Source: Eledone cirrhosa
Taxonomy: Eukaryota
Direction: 5' to 3'
Assembly (NCBI GenBank): GCA_964016885.1
Contig: OZ024742.1
Coordinates: 17,422,001 to 17,486,000 of the forward strand
Length of the DNA: 64,000 nt
Below, piece after piece: positions 12,530-27,292 of this stretch; position 1 is the stretch's first letter; each line of letters starts with the position of its first letter. The position numbers and the translations under genes are program-made. The notes beneath the pieces are model-generated. The model was not told the DNA's origin and did not search any database. It saw only the letters and a program-made list of their open reading frames with translations.

Positions 12530-12887
12530 TTGTTGTGAAAGAGTCATTTCTCAGTCTTGGCGCAAAATCAATTTTTTATTCACATGACCTCTACCGACCA
12601 ATCAAAGTTGTTTTGACCACAAGAATTTTTGCAAACTCCAAGTAGCGCTGGAGCCACTTTTTTAACATAAACCAGGTAGAATTCCCAAAACTAATCAGAT
12701 CAGAGCAAACAACACGGACACTCTATCTCAAAATTATTTTTGAAAAGCATTTAGAAACGCGCAACCGGTAAAAACTTAAAAACTTAAAACCACAACTGAA
12801 TACATTTTTCAACTGTGAACAATTTATCAGCATTTTCTATTCCGTTTACCAATATATAATAACTTGTGTGTTACACCTCTATTCTTT

Positions 12888-12890
<3 letters not shown>
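10921..12890 (+). mobile_element. 5'-truncated Penelope-like element (Neptune-like) with terminal inverted copy
   Basis: GIY-YIG remnant; 10921-11142 is an inverted copy of 12675-12853; (TA)n on both flanks. Confidence 0.85.
11143..11825 (+). pseudogene. PLE linker plus GIY-YIG endonuclease remnant
   Basis: CDRPNCGIC...NLIYVLTCSGCREQYIGQTKNSLRQRMTVH...; frameshifted upstream part; after the stop at 11762 it continues RMSKESYFINKYGPRLN. Confidence 0.88.
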
Positions 12891-12922
<32 letters not shown>

Positions 12923-12967
12923 TTCTCTCACTCTCTCTATCTCTATCTATCTATCTATCTATCTCTC

Positions 12968-12999
<32 letters not shown>

Positions 13000-13127
13000 T
13001 ATATATACACACTCACACACATACATATATATATATAATCGTACACACACACACACACACACACATACATACACATATATATATAGAGAGAGAGAGAGAA
13101 AGAGAGGGGGAGTGTTAAAAATATAGA

Positions 13128-16100
13128 TATATTTCTTTATTTTCCACAAGGGCGCACAAGAAAAGGGGACAATACAGGACATATGCCGGGGACTTTACAT
13201 ACAGTCGTGTAAAAATATTGAAACAAACAATTATAACAATCGAAATCCCCAATAGGTGGAAGCGCCACAAATGGGTTCTTTAATACCCCGTCGATAGAAC
13301 AACCCTCAACTTCAGGAGCGTATTGTGCAAGTGCTCCCTTCTTCCTTTTGCTCTCTTCTTTAACCTACAGTCTTATAAACAAAGAAGGCCCAATCACTCG
13401 GGCCATTTTCGCTTCAAGCGTTGTTCTGCATAGTTCCACAGGTCGCTTACTCCCGGGCAGTGTATAATTGCATGCAAGACGGTTTCAATGTCCAGCTCGC
13501 ATCTTGGACACGTCCTCTTGGAAGGATCCCTGCCAGGGCGTCCGTGCCTGTAGATCTTATCTCGAATGGGTAGAGCTCCTCGGTAGCACTGCCAGGCCAG
13601 GGACCTCTGGAAGTTGTTCATAGGTCCCGGGCGGAAAGTCCTACCGAACAGACTGGTGAGCTCGTCGTCTTCGACGCCTAGAGTCTCCCCGAGCACGTCG
13701 TCGCACTTGAATGTCGAAGTGGAGTTTCCTCTGATTGCTGTGCCCGCTTGACAGAGGACTGTGAGCGCCTGGACGCGTTCAATATGCCAGGCGCCCATTT
13801 TCTTCGGTCTTCGCTTCACCCAGGACTGCAGCTCCGTGAGAAGGCCTGTCTCACAAACGGTGCCCACACCGATTGGTCGGTGAGGAATACCTGGAAATGC
13901 CGCAGCCTCAGCGCATGTTTGCGCATCATTAGCCATGGCATGCCCAGCCCTCCGTTGAAAGGGTATTGACAGCAGATGAATCTCCTCACCAGTGGAGCTT
14001 CCACAGGAACTGGAAGAGCATGTGTTACATCTTGGTGAGGTATTCACGGGGACAAGGCACGACAGTCACATGGTAGTAGATGACGGACGCTATGAAAGTG
14101 TTCGCCACCTCCGCTCGACCTTTCAAGTATAGTTTGCACTCTGCCCACTTCTGAGTGAGCGCAAATACCTTGGCCATGACCTCGTTCCAGTTTTTCTCCA
14201 TCTGGAGGTCTGCACCGAACCACACCCCGAGCAATTTCACCGGTTCTTCCGTCCAACGGCCGACGACGCTGTCGGACGGCATCGGTTTGCCTCTCCACAT
14301 TCCGAGTTGCAAACCGACAGACTTGACCTGGTTCGGTTTTGCTCCTGTGAACTTTTCGGATTCCTGTATTAGTTTGCTGATTACCTCGATTTCCGAGGTT
14401 TTCGACACCATTACCGTCACATCGTCGGCATAAGCCGACGCCGCTTTTCGCAGTCCCGGTTCTAAAGGGATGCCCTGCAAAAGATCCAACTTCCGCAATA
14501 GTAGCTCTAGAGTCAATACTTACAGAATGGAGGAGAGAGGGCATCCTTGTCGAATGGAACGCGTGATTGCGAACGGCTCCGATAGGTAGCCATTCACCTT
14601 GACCTTCGAGAAGATGCTGGTGTGCATCGCCTTGATCCAGCCTCTGAAAACGGGACCGAAACCGGCCGCCTTGAGAACCGCTTCCAAGTATCGATGGTCG
14701 ATCCTATCGAATGCCTTAGACTGATCTAAATTGATCAGAGCCCCACCGAAGCCGGGTTTACACCCCACCCTCTCTATGATGTATCGCATGAGGTGGAGGT
14801 TGTCGTGTATGGACCTGGTCGGGATTGCACACGTTTGCGCTTTCCCTACCAGGTTTTCGACGACAAGCGCCAACCTCGTTGCTAGCACCTTGGCCAAAAT
14901 CTTTAACTCTGTGTTGAGCAGAGTTATGGGCCTGAAATTGTTTATTTCGTCCCCCTTGATCTCGTCTTTCCTGATCAGCGTTACTACTCCCTTGCCTGCA
15001 GAACTGGGAATTGTCCCGTTCTGCTGCCAATTGCAGTAGACGGCTTCGAGGACGCCAGAGAACAAGTCCCGCATGCCTATGTAAAACTCATAGGTAGACC
15101 ATCTAGACCGGTTTGATTTGCGTTTCCCGCATCGGTCCAGAGCGTCCTGTATCTCAGTGGCTGTGATCGGTCTTTCGCAGAACTCGGCGTCCATGCTCGA
15201 GAGACGTGGCAGGCCGTCGAGTTATGAACCAAAGTCCATTGCCCCGTTCAGTGCACCGTCGTTCTGCTCAAACAGTCGCGCAAAGTGCCGCTGAAAGGCC
15301 GCGCACGTCTGCCTGGGGTCAAGTAACACGCGTCCGTTTTGGTCTTTCAAAGACCGAATCGTGGACTTGTTGCCACTTTTCGCCTCTGCCACTCGGGCCC
15401 AGCTGACATCTTTCGCTCTCTCGTTTCCTAAAGCACGTGATTTACTTCTGACCACGCAGCCTTCGTGTTTTGCGTCGAAGAACTGGTCCAGTGCCGTTCT
15501 CGATGCTAACAATCTAGCTGCGTTGCCACTCCTAAGCGCCTCTTCTACCTTGGCTACTAGTTCTGTTTCTGATTTGTTTTTCTCTAAAGCTAATTCTCTG
15601 CTAAAACCTATCAATTCTACTCTAATTGTTCTCTTGAGAGAGTACCACCATCTATTGTTGACGATGGCTCCCGTCAACTCTTGCTTAACTAATCTACTTT
15701 TCCGTTGACTGTAGGCTTTTCGTGCCGGCAACGACAAGTTCAGCTTCCAGTATCCGGTTCCTTGTCTATGTTTTCTATCACGGTTAACTATGCAGACGAC
15801 TAGTTTGTGACCTGAATAGGCAACCATGTGCATTTGTGGACAGCTTAACATCTTCTTGTCCTTTTCTCTAATGAAAAACCTATCTAGATACGATCTAGAT
15901 GTCCCACTGCAGTTTGCCGACGTCCACTGTGGTGGTGCAGTAGGGAAATCTAGTCGATATCTATCGGCCAGTTGGAATTGGCCGATTAGAATTTTGAGGC
16001 TGTTGCACCCCGCTCAACTGGGACATGCTCCAACATAGTCCCATCGTGCATCTAGGATACCATTCCAGTCCCCCACTAAAAGCAAGGAGCGAGACGTTCC

Positions 16101-16137
16101 CAGAAAAGACTCTAGACGCTTAAAGAAGTCTGGCCGT
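13128..16137 (-). mobile_element. Tx1/L1-clade LINE, 5'-truncated and decayed ORF2
   Basis: APE motifs (LVGDWN, SYLDR, YSGHKLV, GYWKLN), RT motifs (NFRPITLLNTELKIL, LDQSKAFDRIDH, RQGCPLS, YADDVT), C-terminal CPRC...H...C; stops and frameshifts; AATAAA at the 3' end. Confidence 0.9.
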
Positions 16138-16207
16138 TAAAAATACAGATAGATTGATTGATTGACACAAACATACACACATACATATATATATTCATAC
16201 ATACATG

Positions 16208-17035
16208 ATGATGGCTGCCCCCTCGTTATCGCGTATGGCCATTGCACGATATAACATTATTAATAATTATTTATTAATTGTTTCTACTTTTGGCGCAAGG
16301 ACAGCAATTATTCCAGTGTATTAATGGTACTTTATTTTATCGACCCCGTAAGGATGAAAGGCAAAGTTAACCATGGCAGGATTTGAACTCAGAATATAAA
16401 GGGCCATAACTCTGCTGCAAAGCATGGTGTCTGGTGCTCTACCGATTCTGCAATGCCTGAGCGTGATGATTTTTTTTAAAGTGAGGAAAGACTGTGCACT
16501 GAGCCAATCCCACTCTCTGAGCGACAGTAGCTATAACCCGAAAAGAAGAAAAGATCAACATCACCGGTAACTACTGAGCCACAGGTTTTATGTTGGAGTT
16601 ATCCCAGTTTACTGAGATTCCTTCTAGGAAAATGCTCTGACAAAGGCCCAGTAGTTTAACCGCGCGATTGGGTATCCAGCCCGATTATTTCTGTGCCCGC
16701 GCATATATATGTATATGTATACTTGCGTATACATATACATATATACATAACTACATATGCATACATGTATATTCATATTTACACATTTTTAGATGGCCGT
16801 TGACTCTTATGAGTTCCTTCCGCCTTTTGTCAGGTTTTGTTTCTTGTCCTGCAGGGTGTCCAAAATCACCCTCCTCACCAAATAAACTTGGTGTTGGTGA
16901 AGGTGCCAGTTTAGTCACCGCCGACCCGACCATGTGACAGGTTGTACTGGGTTACATGTTGCCAGTAGCACTCGAGAGTGACCCGACATATACACACTTT
17001 TAGATGGCCGTTGACTCTTATGGGTTCTTCCGCGC
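16208..17035 (-). mobile_element. non-autonomous element with RTE-type 3' tail (copy A)
   Basis: End ATGATGGCTGCCCCCTCGTTATCG.GTATGGCCATTGCACGA matches 31852-31892 (3' of the RTE) and 46019; 16790-16990 is homologous to 46780-46960. Confidence 0.7.
16276..16452 (-). mobile_element. SINE family A inserted in copy A
   Basis: Matches the consensus; absent from the homologous copy at 46019-46235. Confidence 0.88.
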
Positions 17036-17659
17036 TTGTATACATACATACATACATACATACATACATACATACATACACACAGACATGCATACAGACA
17101 GACAGACAGACAGACAGGCAGACAAGCATGTTCATTGCTACTTCTTGTCAGAGAAGTCTATCTCATTCTTGAATATTGCACGCTCATACACACGCAGGTG
17201 AAATTTCAAGCGAGGATCAGTTCTGCTAGCACGTTCATAGATGAGACACTTCAACTGTCTGTTGGTCTCGCCAGTTTGGTGGTGTATCTTCCCATGTCTG
17301 ATCAGTCAACTAGCTGACTTGAAAATTAATCTACACTCAGTAAAAATATACCGCGGAGGGCGTAGTAATAGAACCATCTCACAAGCGGCTCTATTCTTGT
17401 TGGCTCATGTGACGTTAGGGGGTTAACACATCCATCTCTTGAGAGAAGAAATCATCCACACACATTATACTAGAGAGAAATGGGTGAGAGATCAAATATA
17501 TTAATTGGGTCATTGATCTAATGGATTGATTAATCAGTTAACAGTGATAGGAGATTCAAATTACATCAGTGTAATCTACAAAGATTTTGATAGATGTAAA
17601 GTTAATTTATCCCTGACTAAGTTGTAAACAAGCGGTATTGATTAGATATCGATGATACA

Positions 17660-17795
17660 TAGGCGACAAATTGGTTAGAGACGTTAGGACATTAAAGAGA
17701 ATATATGCTGGTAGGTATTCCGACACTGTTCAATCCTGCTAAGCTTAACTTTGTTTTTCATCCCTTACGAAGTCGATAGAATAAAGTACCAGTCA
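17660..17795 (+). mobile_element. degenerate family A-related SINE
   Basis: TTAACTTTG..TTTCATCCCTTACGAAGTCGATAGAATAAAGTACCAG. Confidence 0.6.
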
Positions 17796-18009
17796 TTGGC
17801 AGTGAATTTACGGAATACATTTTATTGTTTCGTATTTCTAAATGAGATAAGAACCCAACTTTTGCACCGTTGCTGTTGCCGCAATATAGGAATTATTGTA
17901 GGAAATATCACGATCAAAGTGTACTTCCTTAACAGGGGAATGGACAATATAATTTTCAAGTTATTTTATTCCCTAATGAACCTAGGTTTCTCTTACTTCT
18001 TTTCTAGTT

Positions 18010-18140
18010 TACGCTCACTGCCTTAGTCTCTCTCGCTCTCCCCATCTCTCACTATTATAAAAAAAACTGGAGGCCCACATGTTGAGTAGGGCCAAGGACG
18101 CCAGAATTCTCCACTGCTACAGGCTCGACCGCAGACTTGT
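18010..18140. repeat. single-monomer copy of the 44-bp unit plus its flank
   Basis: CTCACTGCCTTAGTCTCTCTCGCTCTCCCCATCTCTC followed by sequence resembling 1965-2260. Confidence 0.65.
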
Positions 18141-18358
18141 TGGAGTTAAAGCATCAGATGAGATGCCTTGTGGTGTCTGTTTTGGCACTTTGTGTTCAGA
18201 GTTCAAATTCTGCCAATATAATTAACTCCCACCAATGAACTTGTTTAATAACCTGTCCACCGAACCATAACTGATTATAAAATCTACAATGATTAGAGGA
18301 AGATTGTTGTCGCCTGCTACTGAAGTTTAAAGAAGATGGTAAAGATGATGAGGAGGAA

Positions 18359-18415
<57 letters not shown>

Positions 18416-18756
18416 GATGATGACTTTGTTAGATGGGAACTTCAGAAAATTTAAATCAAAGGAAAGCAAAAATCACATTTGATATAGTTATAGAAATATA
18501 AAAATATACTGAGGCGAAAACCAAACAGTGAATGTGTTTTACTATTTTTGGCAATATTAGGACGACATAACCCTCCCAAATACAAATATATATTATTATA
18601 TCATTTATATGCAGGTATACGAGGTATACGTTAGATAAATAAATGTAATATATTGGAAATATTGAATATTTCATTTTATCAGAAATGTTTAAATGTTGCC
18701 CTGACAAAGGATTCATTTCAGACCTCAGTCTGATGATATTCCACCTTCGAAGACAG

Positions 18757-18875
18757 TCTGAGTTCAAATCCCGCCGAGGTAAACTTTGCCTTTCATCCTT
18801 ACGGGGTCGATAAAATAAAGTACCAGTAATGTACTGAGTTATTTCTGGCCTTGTGCCTAAAGTAGAAACAATTAT
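18757..18875 (+). mobile_element. SINE family A, 5'-truncated
   Basis: Begins at TCTGAGTTCAAATCCCGCCGAGG. Confidence 0.88.
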
Positions 18876-19684
18876 TAAATTATATAACATGAAGCGTTGT
18901 TACATTATATTGTTTGTAACATTATGCTTGTTTTATTTTTGGTTTCATTCCAATTCTTTATTAAATAACTTCATTTAATTATTTCATAAGAACCTTATTG
19001 AACTTGCAGAAATGTTCAAGTTAATATATTGTTCGAAACTTGATTTCACCGTATAAATTATCGCATATTAATACCAGTTCTCTTTTCTGATTCTCCTGTT
19101 TAATGTTTTCAATTAATTGTAACAATGTAGACGAACACAATGTCATTATATGTCCTGGTCTTAGATAACTTTTTCCTGTCGTGAGTATGATATATTAAAT
19201 ATTCCGAATTTGTAAATAACAGACGATCGTCTAAATAAGGCAACAGAAATCTACATAACTAGTAAAAGGTGAACCAGATGAGTGAATGGTTGGGATAACT
19301 GACACTCAGATAGGTCAGCTATTCGTGAACTTACCTTGGTACGGAATTGAATCAGTGGTTAGTATACTTAACCTAGAAACAGCACAGTCTAGCTAGCCAT
19401 GAAATGCAGGGAAAACTCAGTTTAACTCTACGAGAGCAAATGGTCGGCGACTGGATTTTCTTCATCATCATACACGATCAGGTAGCAAGCTACGACGTAA
19501 CATTTTCGCATTCGCTCTAAATGCTGGAAAGAGAAGGCAGATATACGTCATGGCCTTAATTCTCACAAGAGATTGGACTACGCTAAAGCTACCCAAGTTT
19601 TAGATTGTGGTATCAACAATATTAGAAACCAATAGACTACACTCTTCCAGAACATTAATAGCGAATACATTTCTACATTTCAAA

Positions 19685-19867
19685 TAATTGTTTTTACTTT
19701 TGGCACAAGGCCAGCAATTACCCCACTGCATTACTGGTACTTTATTTTATCGACCCCGTAAGGATGAAAGGCAAAGTTAACCTCGGCGGGATTTGAACTC
19801 AGAATGGCAAGGGCCGTAACTGTATGCATGGTGTCCGACCCTCTACCGATACTGCCAATCCACCGCC
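19685..19867 (-). mobile_element. SINE family A
   Basis: Matches the consensus; TSD CTACATTTCAAATAATTG. Confidence 0.92.
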
Positions 19868-20051
19868 TACATTTCAAATAATTGCCACTCATATGTGATG
19901 ATATTGCTCTTCCCTCCTGTCTAGCCTTCTTCAGTCAGAGATCAGTGACACGCAGCCAACATAACCAACGACAAACCTACATTAATTCCACCAACAGAGA
20001 ACTCGAAAACGTTTTCCAGTGGAGAGAATGTATTATTATTTATCAGAAGAA

Positions 20052-20237
20052 GGGCGGTGGATTGGCAGTATCGGTAGAGGGTCGGGCGCCATGCTTTGAA
20101 GCATAGAGTTACCTCCCTTTATGATCTGAGTTCAAATCAAGGTTAATTTTGCCTTTCATCCTTACGGGGTCGATAAAATAAAGTACCAGTAATGTACTGA
20201 GTAATTGCTGGCCTTGTGCCTAAAGTAGAAACAATTA
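20052..20237 (+). mobile_element. SINE family A
   Basis: Matches the consensus; TSD ATTATTTATCAGAA. Confidence 0.92.
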
Positions 20238-20899
20238 TTTATCAGAACAAGGATATGGTTATTACTTTATTGCTTAAATGAAGAACACAATCTTATACTC
20301 CAATATATTACTCTAGCCTTGGACTACAAATTCTATGTCAGTAATGTTCCCGCCTAGGGATCTCACATTCACAATATGACAAACATTGTATTGTAAAGAT
20401 TAGAGTATTTATTCAGGAACATAAAATACTTCAGCTACTAACAAATGGCAACTTTTTATAACATCTCGAGTAAGAACTACAACGGAATATGTTTGCTGTA
20501 TTTTGGACGATATTGCTATTACATACACGAATATCTTTGACTGAACACCAAAAAGAAAGCCATCCATGATCGGCAAAATCTTATTCACTAATACTCTCCA
20601 GCCTCTAACGAACAAACTATTGTCTTTCCCCGCCTTCCTTTCTTACCGGTACAATAACAGCCAGTTCTCCTCAAACGTAGTCGACTCAACACTCTCACAT
20701 TTCTTCTCGCACACTTTTTTCTTGCAGTCGTGAATTAACCGATGTTAAACTTAAATATCAAATGCAACAGCCTCACCAGGTTTGCCTGGTCTGAATGTGT
20801 CATGAATGAAACCTTTTCGTTTCCCAAAATACTATAAAACAAGGAAAGCCTTTGCAGAGAAATATATCAAATATATCTCTATTTATTTATCTATAAATA

Positions 20900-21294
20900 T
20901 AAGTGTTTCTACTTTTGGCACAAGTCCAGAAATTTCCCCAGTTCATTACTGGTGCTTTATTTTATCAATCTCGTAAGGATGGAAGGCAAAGTTAACCTTC
21001 GGCGGGATTTGAACTCAGACCGTAAAGGGCCGTATCTCTATGCTGCAAAGCATGGCGTCCGACCTTCTACCGATACTGCCAATCCACCGCCTTATTCATC
21101 TATAAATATAATATTGTTTCTACTTTTGGCACAAGGCCAGCAATTACCCAATACATTACTTGTGCTTTATTTTATCAATCCCGTAAGGATGAAAGGCAAA
21201 GTTAACCTCGACGGGATTTGAACTCAGTAAAGGGACGTAACTATGCTAGAAAACATGGCGTCCAACCCCCTACCGATACTTCCAATCCACCGCC
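20900..21294 (-). mobile_element. two tandem SINE family A copies
   Basis: Copies at 20900-21091 and 21111-21294, with a thrice-repeated flank TTATT(C/T)ATCTAT(A/G)AA(T/C)ATAA. Confidence 0.9.
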
Positions 21295-22377
21295 TTATTC
21301 ATCTATGAACATAATATTAATAGAATACTAGACATGCCATCCGCTGTGGACCTGTAGAGAATGTCAGTTTGTTAAATGTGAATCATATTAATTATACATG
21401 AATTTTGTATGTCAGAGGCAATGTTTATATTATTTCTAACATAGATAAACCATTTTACAATATATGATCCATTCCACCTTAAACTGTGCCAAGCGAATCA
21501 CTTGCAGTCATGTATATTACCATATAATGAAGACAACTGGAAGCCCATTTCTCGAATGTCTTTGTCTACTTAACTTTCTTATTAATTCCACTGCGTGCAA
21601 AATTTATAAAGTGAAAGATATATTTATATATACTCATGTAAAAGCTGAATCTTTTCGACCATATTTAAGGTTAAATTTATCGTGTCCACTATTACATGGA
21701 AAGATACCATTTTTGAGGGCTTTGACATTCAAGCTAGAATCCAAAGTACCGTATCAATAACAGAAGCCCAACTGATCTCTAAGTAAATAGAAACAAAACC
21801 ACAATGAATTATAGTAACATTCTATGTATCAAAATACATGTCCTAGTAAATAACAAAATCCACAAACAAGGTTGTGTGGCTATAGGGAAGGCTACAGTAA
21901 GCTAGACACACGTTTGGGTAATGTTTTAGTTTCAGACATGTATTTGCAATAATATAAATTTGTCTTAAAATCATGACAATTTTGTAACAGTGTTACTTCT
22001 ACGTGCAGGATAACACCTTAACTCCCAAATGTTGACGTGTTAACAATAAACTACTAAGGTCGACTTTTATACGAGGTCGATGGAAAATTCTAGATATTTT
22101 GCAAAGAAAACAGATTAGAAAAGTGGAATAGGATGGGAATTAGATATACAAAGTTTCATATAAAATGTGTGTCTATGTGAATTGATAATTGAGAAGGAAT
22201 CAGGGCTTATCTACATGAAGTAAATTTACGCCTGATATACCAACATAAGCAAACTATTAGATATTGAAAACAGCACTTCAATATGTAGAAACATAAAAGT
22301 AGTATAGAAAAGAAATATGTATATATATGCGTGTGTGTGTGTATGTGTGTGTGTGTGTGTGTATTTGCGTGTGTGGT

Positions 22378-22408
<31 letters not shown>

Positions 22409-23208
22409 GTGTGCGTGTGTGTATGTGTGTATATATGTGTGTGTGTGTACTGTATGTGTGTGTGTGTGTACTGTCTTATTTCCTGCTCTGTGTTGATGTT
22501 TTCACATTGATTGCATTATTTCCTCTTTTGAGAATCAAATCTTGGCAAATGGAAAATAAAACTGTTTTTTGTAAGTAGGTTTCGGTAGAATGTGAAGCAT
22601 CTAATGACTACCCTCCTTGTTTCAACATGTTCCACATTTTGTTGTATCTGTGTTTTAGTGTTGTTTATACATTAAGCTTGTTCTGTTTGACAGCGAACCC
22701 TCCTGGTTCTATTATTTCACCCACAAATAGATTGAATGCCAATCAAAATAGATACATTTCTGCATCGAGTCTATTTGCAATAGCAAATATCCTCCAGCTT
22801 ATTATACTGGAAATACGACAAAAGTATGTTTTGTCAAATATACACTTCATAATTATGATGGGAAGTTTTCGATATTTTGTTTTGAAGTATGGTTGTGGCT
22901 GTTGTTAACTCTTAATTTCGAGTTGAACTTGCAACTTGCAAATTAGAATTGTAAATTAACCAACTTTAATTCCAAAGAGAAACCAATTTGGGATTACGAC
23001 TAACATATATTTAATATTTCGAATTATAAAAAGTCGTAATATAGGCCACTCATAATGAAACAATTTATGCACTTCTAGATGTTGAAGAGCGATGAAAGGA
23101 AATAGTGTGTCGAATAGAAACAAAAGTGGAGGCAGTCAGGGTAATAGGACAAATCACAAAAGGAGTTAGGACTAGAATAATATGACATGATGGCAAAACA
23201 ACCAAATA

Positions 23209-23352
23209 TAATCGTTTCTAATTTTGGCAAAAGGCCAGCAATTATTCCAGTGCATTACTGGTACTTTATTTTATCGACCCCGTAAGGATGAAAGGTAAAG
23301 TTAACCTCGGTGGGTTTGAACTCAGACCATAAAAGACCGTAACTCTACCGAT
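23209..23352 (-). mobile_element. SINE family A, partial
   Basis: Matches the consensus. Confidence 0.85.
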
Positions 23353-23679
23353 ATCGTAAAGTAATTGGAAAATGTGTAGAATTACACAACTCCAAATACA
23401 CGAAGTACATCTTCCATTGTGATAAATCTATATATTTCACTAATATCATATGCCTCTTTCGGTTGAGAACTGTTTCATTAGTTATGTCTAGATTTTATTT
23501 AGGGGTTATTAACTCTATTGTTTTACGCCATTGGCGAACGTAAATTACTAGGTTTTTTTTTTTAAATAAATCAATTGAATGGAGACTCGGTGCGTTAATA
23601 CAGACACATATCTCCTTCTTCCAGTCACCTCTATACATCAACACACTTCTCCTTGTCCTCCACTTCTTTCAAACTTTTC

Positions 23680-24065
23680 TATATTTCATCTGCCTGTCAC
23701 CCACCTTGTGGATTGTCTCTCTGTTGACCACTGGCCACTGGTCTCTGTCCTCTGAGGCATTATATTTCATCTGCCACCCACCTTGTGGATTGTCTCTCTG
23801 TTGACCACTGGCCACTGGTCTCTGTCCTCTGAGGCATTATATTTCATCTGCCACCCACCTTGTGGATTGTCTCTCTGTTGACCACTGGCCACTGGTCTCT
23901 GTCCTCTGAGGCATTATATTTCATCTGCCACCCACCTTGTGGATTGTCTCTCTGTTGACCACTGGCCACTGGTCTCTGTCCTCTGAGGCATTATATTTCA
24001 TCTGTCACCCACCTTGTGGATTATCTCTCTGTTGACCACTGGCCACTGGTATCTGTCACCTGAGG
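23680..24065. repeat. 77-bp tandem repeat, about 5 copies
   Basis: Unit starts near 23680, 23761, 23838, 23915 and 23992. Confidence 0.95.
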
Positions 24066-24714
24066 AAGTTTTAACCATCGCTGTCTTTGACAGCATTTAG
24101 ATGTTTTAACGGCTCTTCAAACGATGTGTTTTCTCATTTTTATATATAGATAATAAATCATTTTGTGAAATATGAATATTAAAGTTTAAGTCTAGGGACA
24201 AAGAATTGTAGATTAAATCATCAAACGTAAAAAAATAAAAATTAAAACTTGATAATAATTTCGAAAATCGAAAGATTCAAATCTTGATGTTTTTTAAACA
24301 AAAAATGACTGAATTAAATTATGATTGCCCTAAATTTGCGAAATGAAATAAATGTTATAAATATGTCAGGCGTATGTAATTAAAATACACGAAGACTGCA
24401 AGAACAGAAACTTTAAATTAAAAAATTAAAAATTAGTGTGGAGAATTTCTTAACTTTGTCGTAAATTTACCATAAAATATAAAATGTTTTAAAACGTCTG
24501 TATCACCTTTATATATACAATTGTTTAGGGTAATAAAGATCCAATCTTCTTTGGGATTATGTATCAAGTATTATGTGTAGTGAGGCGGTAGACATATAAT
24601 GGAATTTAATCATTTCCTCTACTTTCCTATACAACCAGATCTGCCCTTCTTTATCCCTTCCCAGGTTTTCATTACTTAATTTTGATTTGATTTTTTTTTT
24701 CATATTTCCATCAC

Positions 24715-25083
24715 TGTATAACTTCAGTCTGTAAAATATAGTTGACATACTATGTCTATGTATAACAGATAACAAAATATTTTCATCTATTGTATAACTT
24801 CAGTCTGTAAAATATAGTTGACATACTATGTCTATGTATAACAGATAACAAAATATTTTCATCTATTGTATAACTTCAGTCTGTAAAATATAGTTGACAT
24901 ACTATGTCTATGTATAACAGATAACAAAATATTTTCATCTATTGTATAACTTCAGTCTGTAAAATATAGTTGACATACTATGTCTATGTATAACAGATAA
25001 CAAAATATTTTCATCTATTGTATAACTTCAGTCTGCAAAATATAGTTGACATACTATGTTCATGTATAACAGATAACAAAATA
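24715..25083. repeat. 76-bp tandem repeat, about 5 copies
   Basis: TGTATAACTTCAGTCTG... at 24715, 24791, 24867, 24943 and 25019. Confidence 0.95.
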
Positions 25084-25384
25084 AAATGTTCACCTATTGT
25101 AAAACAAAAAAACATAAAAATATAACCCTCCACTCCACCCAAAAATCAAATATATTGCCGCAAATCTTAGAATACCGAGTGTGTAGTCGCTTTTTTCAGG
25201 ATATAGCCCGTTGTAATTAGAAGAGAAGTTGACTGCTATTTCAAGCACTTCAGGTGACCACATTGCACTACCCATCATTATCTCGAACAAAATACATGTT
25301 TCAACTCAGGAAAATGTGTTATCATACACACAGATTGTATTTCATGAAACGTCAACATTGTGGGTTAGTTGTATAATATATAGT

Positions 25385-25680
25385 GAAGGAACTTAGTGGT
25401 TAGAGCATTGGGCTTGCAATTGACAGGTTGTAAGTTCGATTCTCGGAACGGATGATGCGTTGTATCCTTGAGCAAGACACTTTATTTCACGTTGCTCCAG
25501 TTTACTCAGCTGTAGAAATGAGTTCCAACGTCACTGGTGCCAAGCTGTATCGATCATTGTCTTTCCTTTGGACAACATCAGTGGTGTGGAGAAGAGAGTC
25601 TGGTATGCATGGGCGACTGGTGGTCTTCCACAAACAACCTTACCTGCACTTGTGCCTCGGGGAGGAACTTTCCAGCATTT
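25385..25680 (+). mobile_element. SINE family B
   Basis: AGTGGTTAGAGCA (A box)...AGTTCGATTC (B box)...CTTGAGCAAG..TTTATTTCACGTTGCTCCAG. Confidence 0.8.
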
Positions 25681-25828
25681 TAGGGAGGAGAATCAAACAA
25701 ACTTAATCAATTATAAAATGAAAAATATTAATGTATGATTTAATTTAAGGGAAAAAGAAGATATATTAGCGAATCAATTGTTCGGTGAAAGCAGCGATTC
25801 TTTGCATAAACTTTAATCTGTTAGTTTA

Positions 25829-25891
<63 letters not shown>

Positions 25892-25923
25892 TTATGTATG
25901 TATTTATGTATATATATATATAT

Positions 25924-26366
<443 letters not shown>

Positions 26367-26686
26367 TTGAGTGCTTAATTCAGTTTGTGTGTGGAACTTT
26401 TTCCATTACTCATAATTTTAATTTGACCGCCCAAAACCAGAGTTAGCTCCCTTTTGGAGTAACATGTGCCCACACAACCGAATTTGGTGTCAGAACGGAA
26501 AGCCTGTTGAGAAAGTAAATCCACTGTTCGATCCTCCAGAAACTTAACTTGCATATACTGCAAGCGGATTTTGTTGATTTCGGATTTACAGAAACCTAAC
26601 TGAGATATTGCAAAATATTCGAAGTGATGGTTCAGGTTTGTTATATGTATATATAATGTATATGTGTGTGTATATATATATATGTA

Positions 26687-26763
<77 letters not shown>

Positions 26764-26969
26764 GTGTATGAATTTTTTTCTCACGAGTCAGTTCTTCCGT
26801 TGCTACGGACCCCGGCTGAATTATCGGTCGCTATCTTCATTTTGCAAACCCCTTTAAACTGTATGTTATTACTCTTGGGTCCTATACCTTGTCGTGTGCT
26901 TGGCTGCTCTACTGAAACCAGTCGTCGGATTAGCTGAGGCTCTGGCTTCGAATATGCTGTACTTCCATT

Positions 26970-27011
<42 letters not shown>

Positions 27012-27257
27012 AAAAAAAGAAAAATGTTCTTTTTTTATTTGAATTTGGCAAAGCCGGCCATTTATCGCTCGTATACAGGAAACTGACTGGCCAGACTGCT
27101 AATATGTAAATCTGGCTATCAGTGGTTCTGCTAATATGCAGATCTGACTGATTAGCCAGTCTGCTAATATGCAAATCAGGCCGATCAGTCACAGTGTATT
27201 TTTGAAAATAGCATATATTTTCACTAGCTCTAACAGTTGGCAGGTAATGAGTGAGGT

Positions 27258-27292
27258 GTACTGATGAAGGGTGATACCCAGAAACATTAGTG
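27258..27292 (+). ncRNA. minimal hammerhead-like motif
   Basis: CTGATGA-a-GGGT gat ACCC-a-GAAAC-ATT; stems I and III are weak. It lies in a roughly 400-bp island between (TA)n tracts. Confidence 0.45.

Noticed and set aside
12500-12853. Hammerhead in the Neptune-like element's 3' end
   Set aside because: No CUGANGA/GAAA core found here or in the 61445-62520 copy.
23680-25083. 76/77-bp arrays as tRNA or CRISPR arrays
   Set aside because: Units are near-identical, with no spacers, A/B boxes or cloverleaf.
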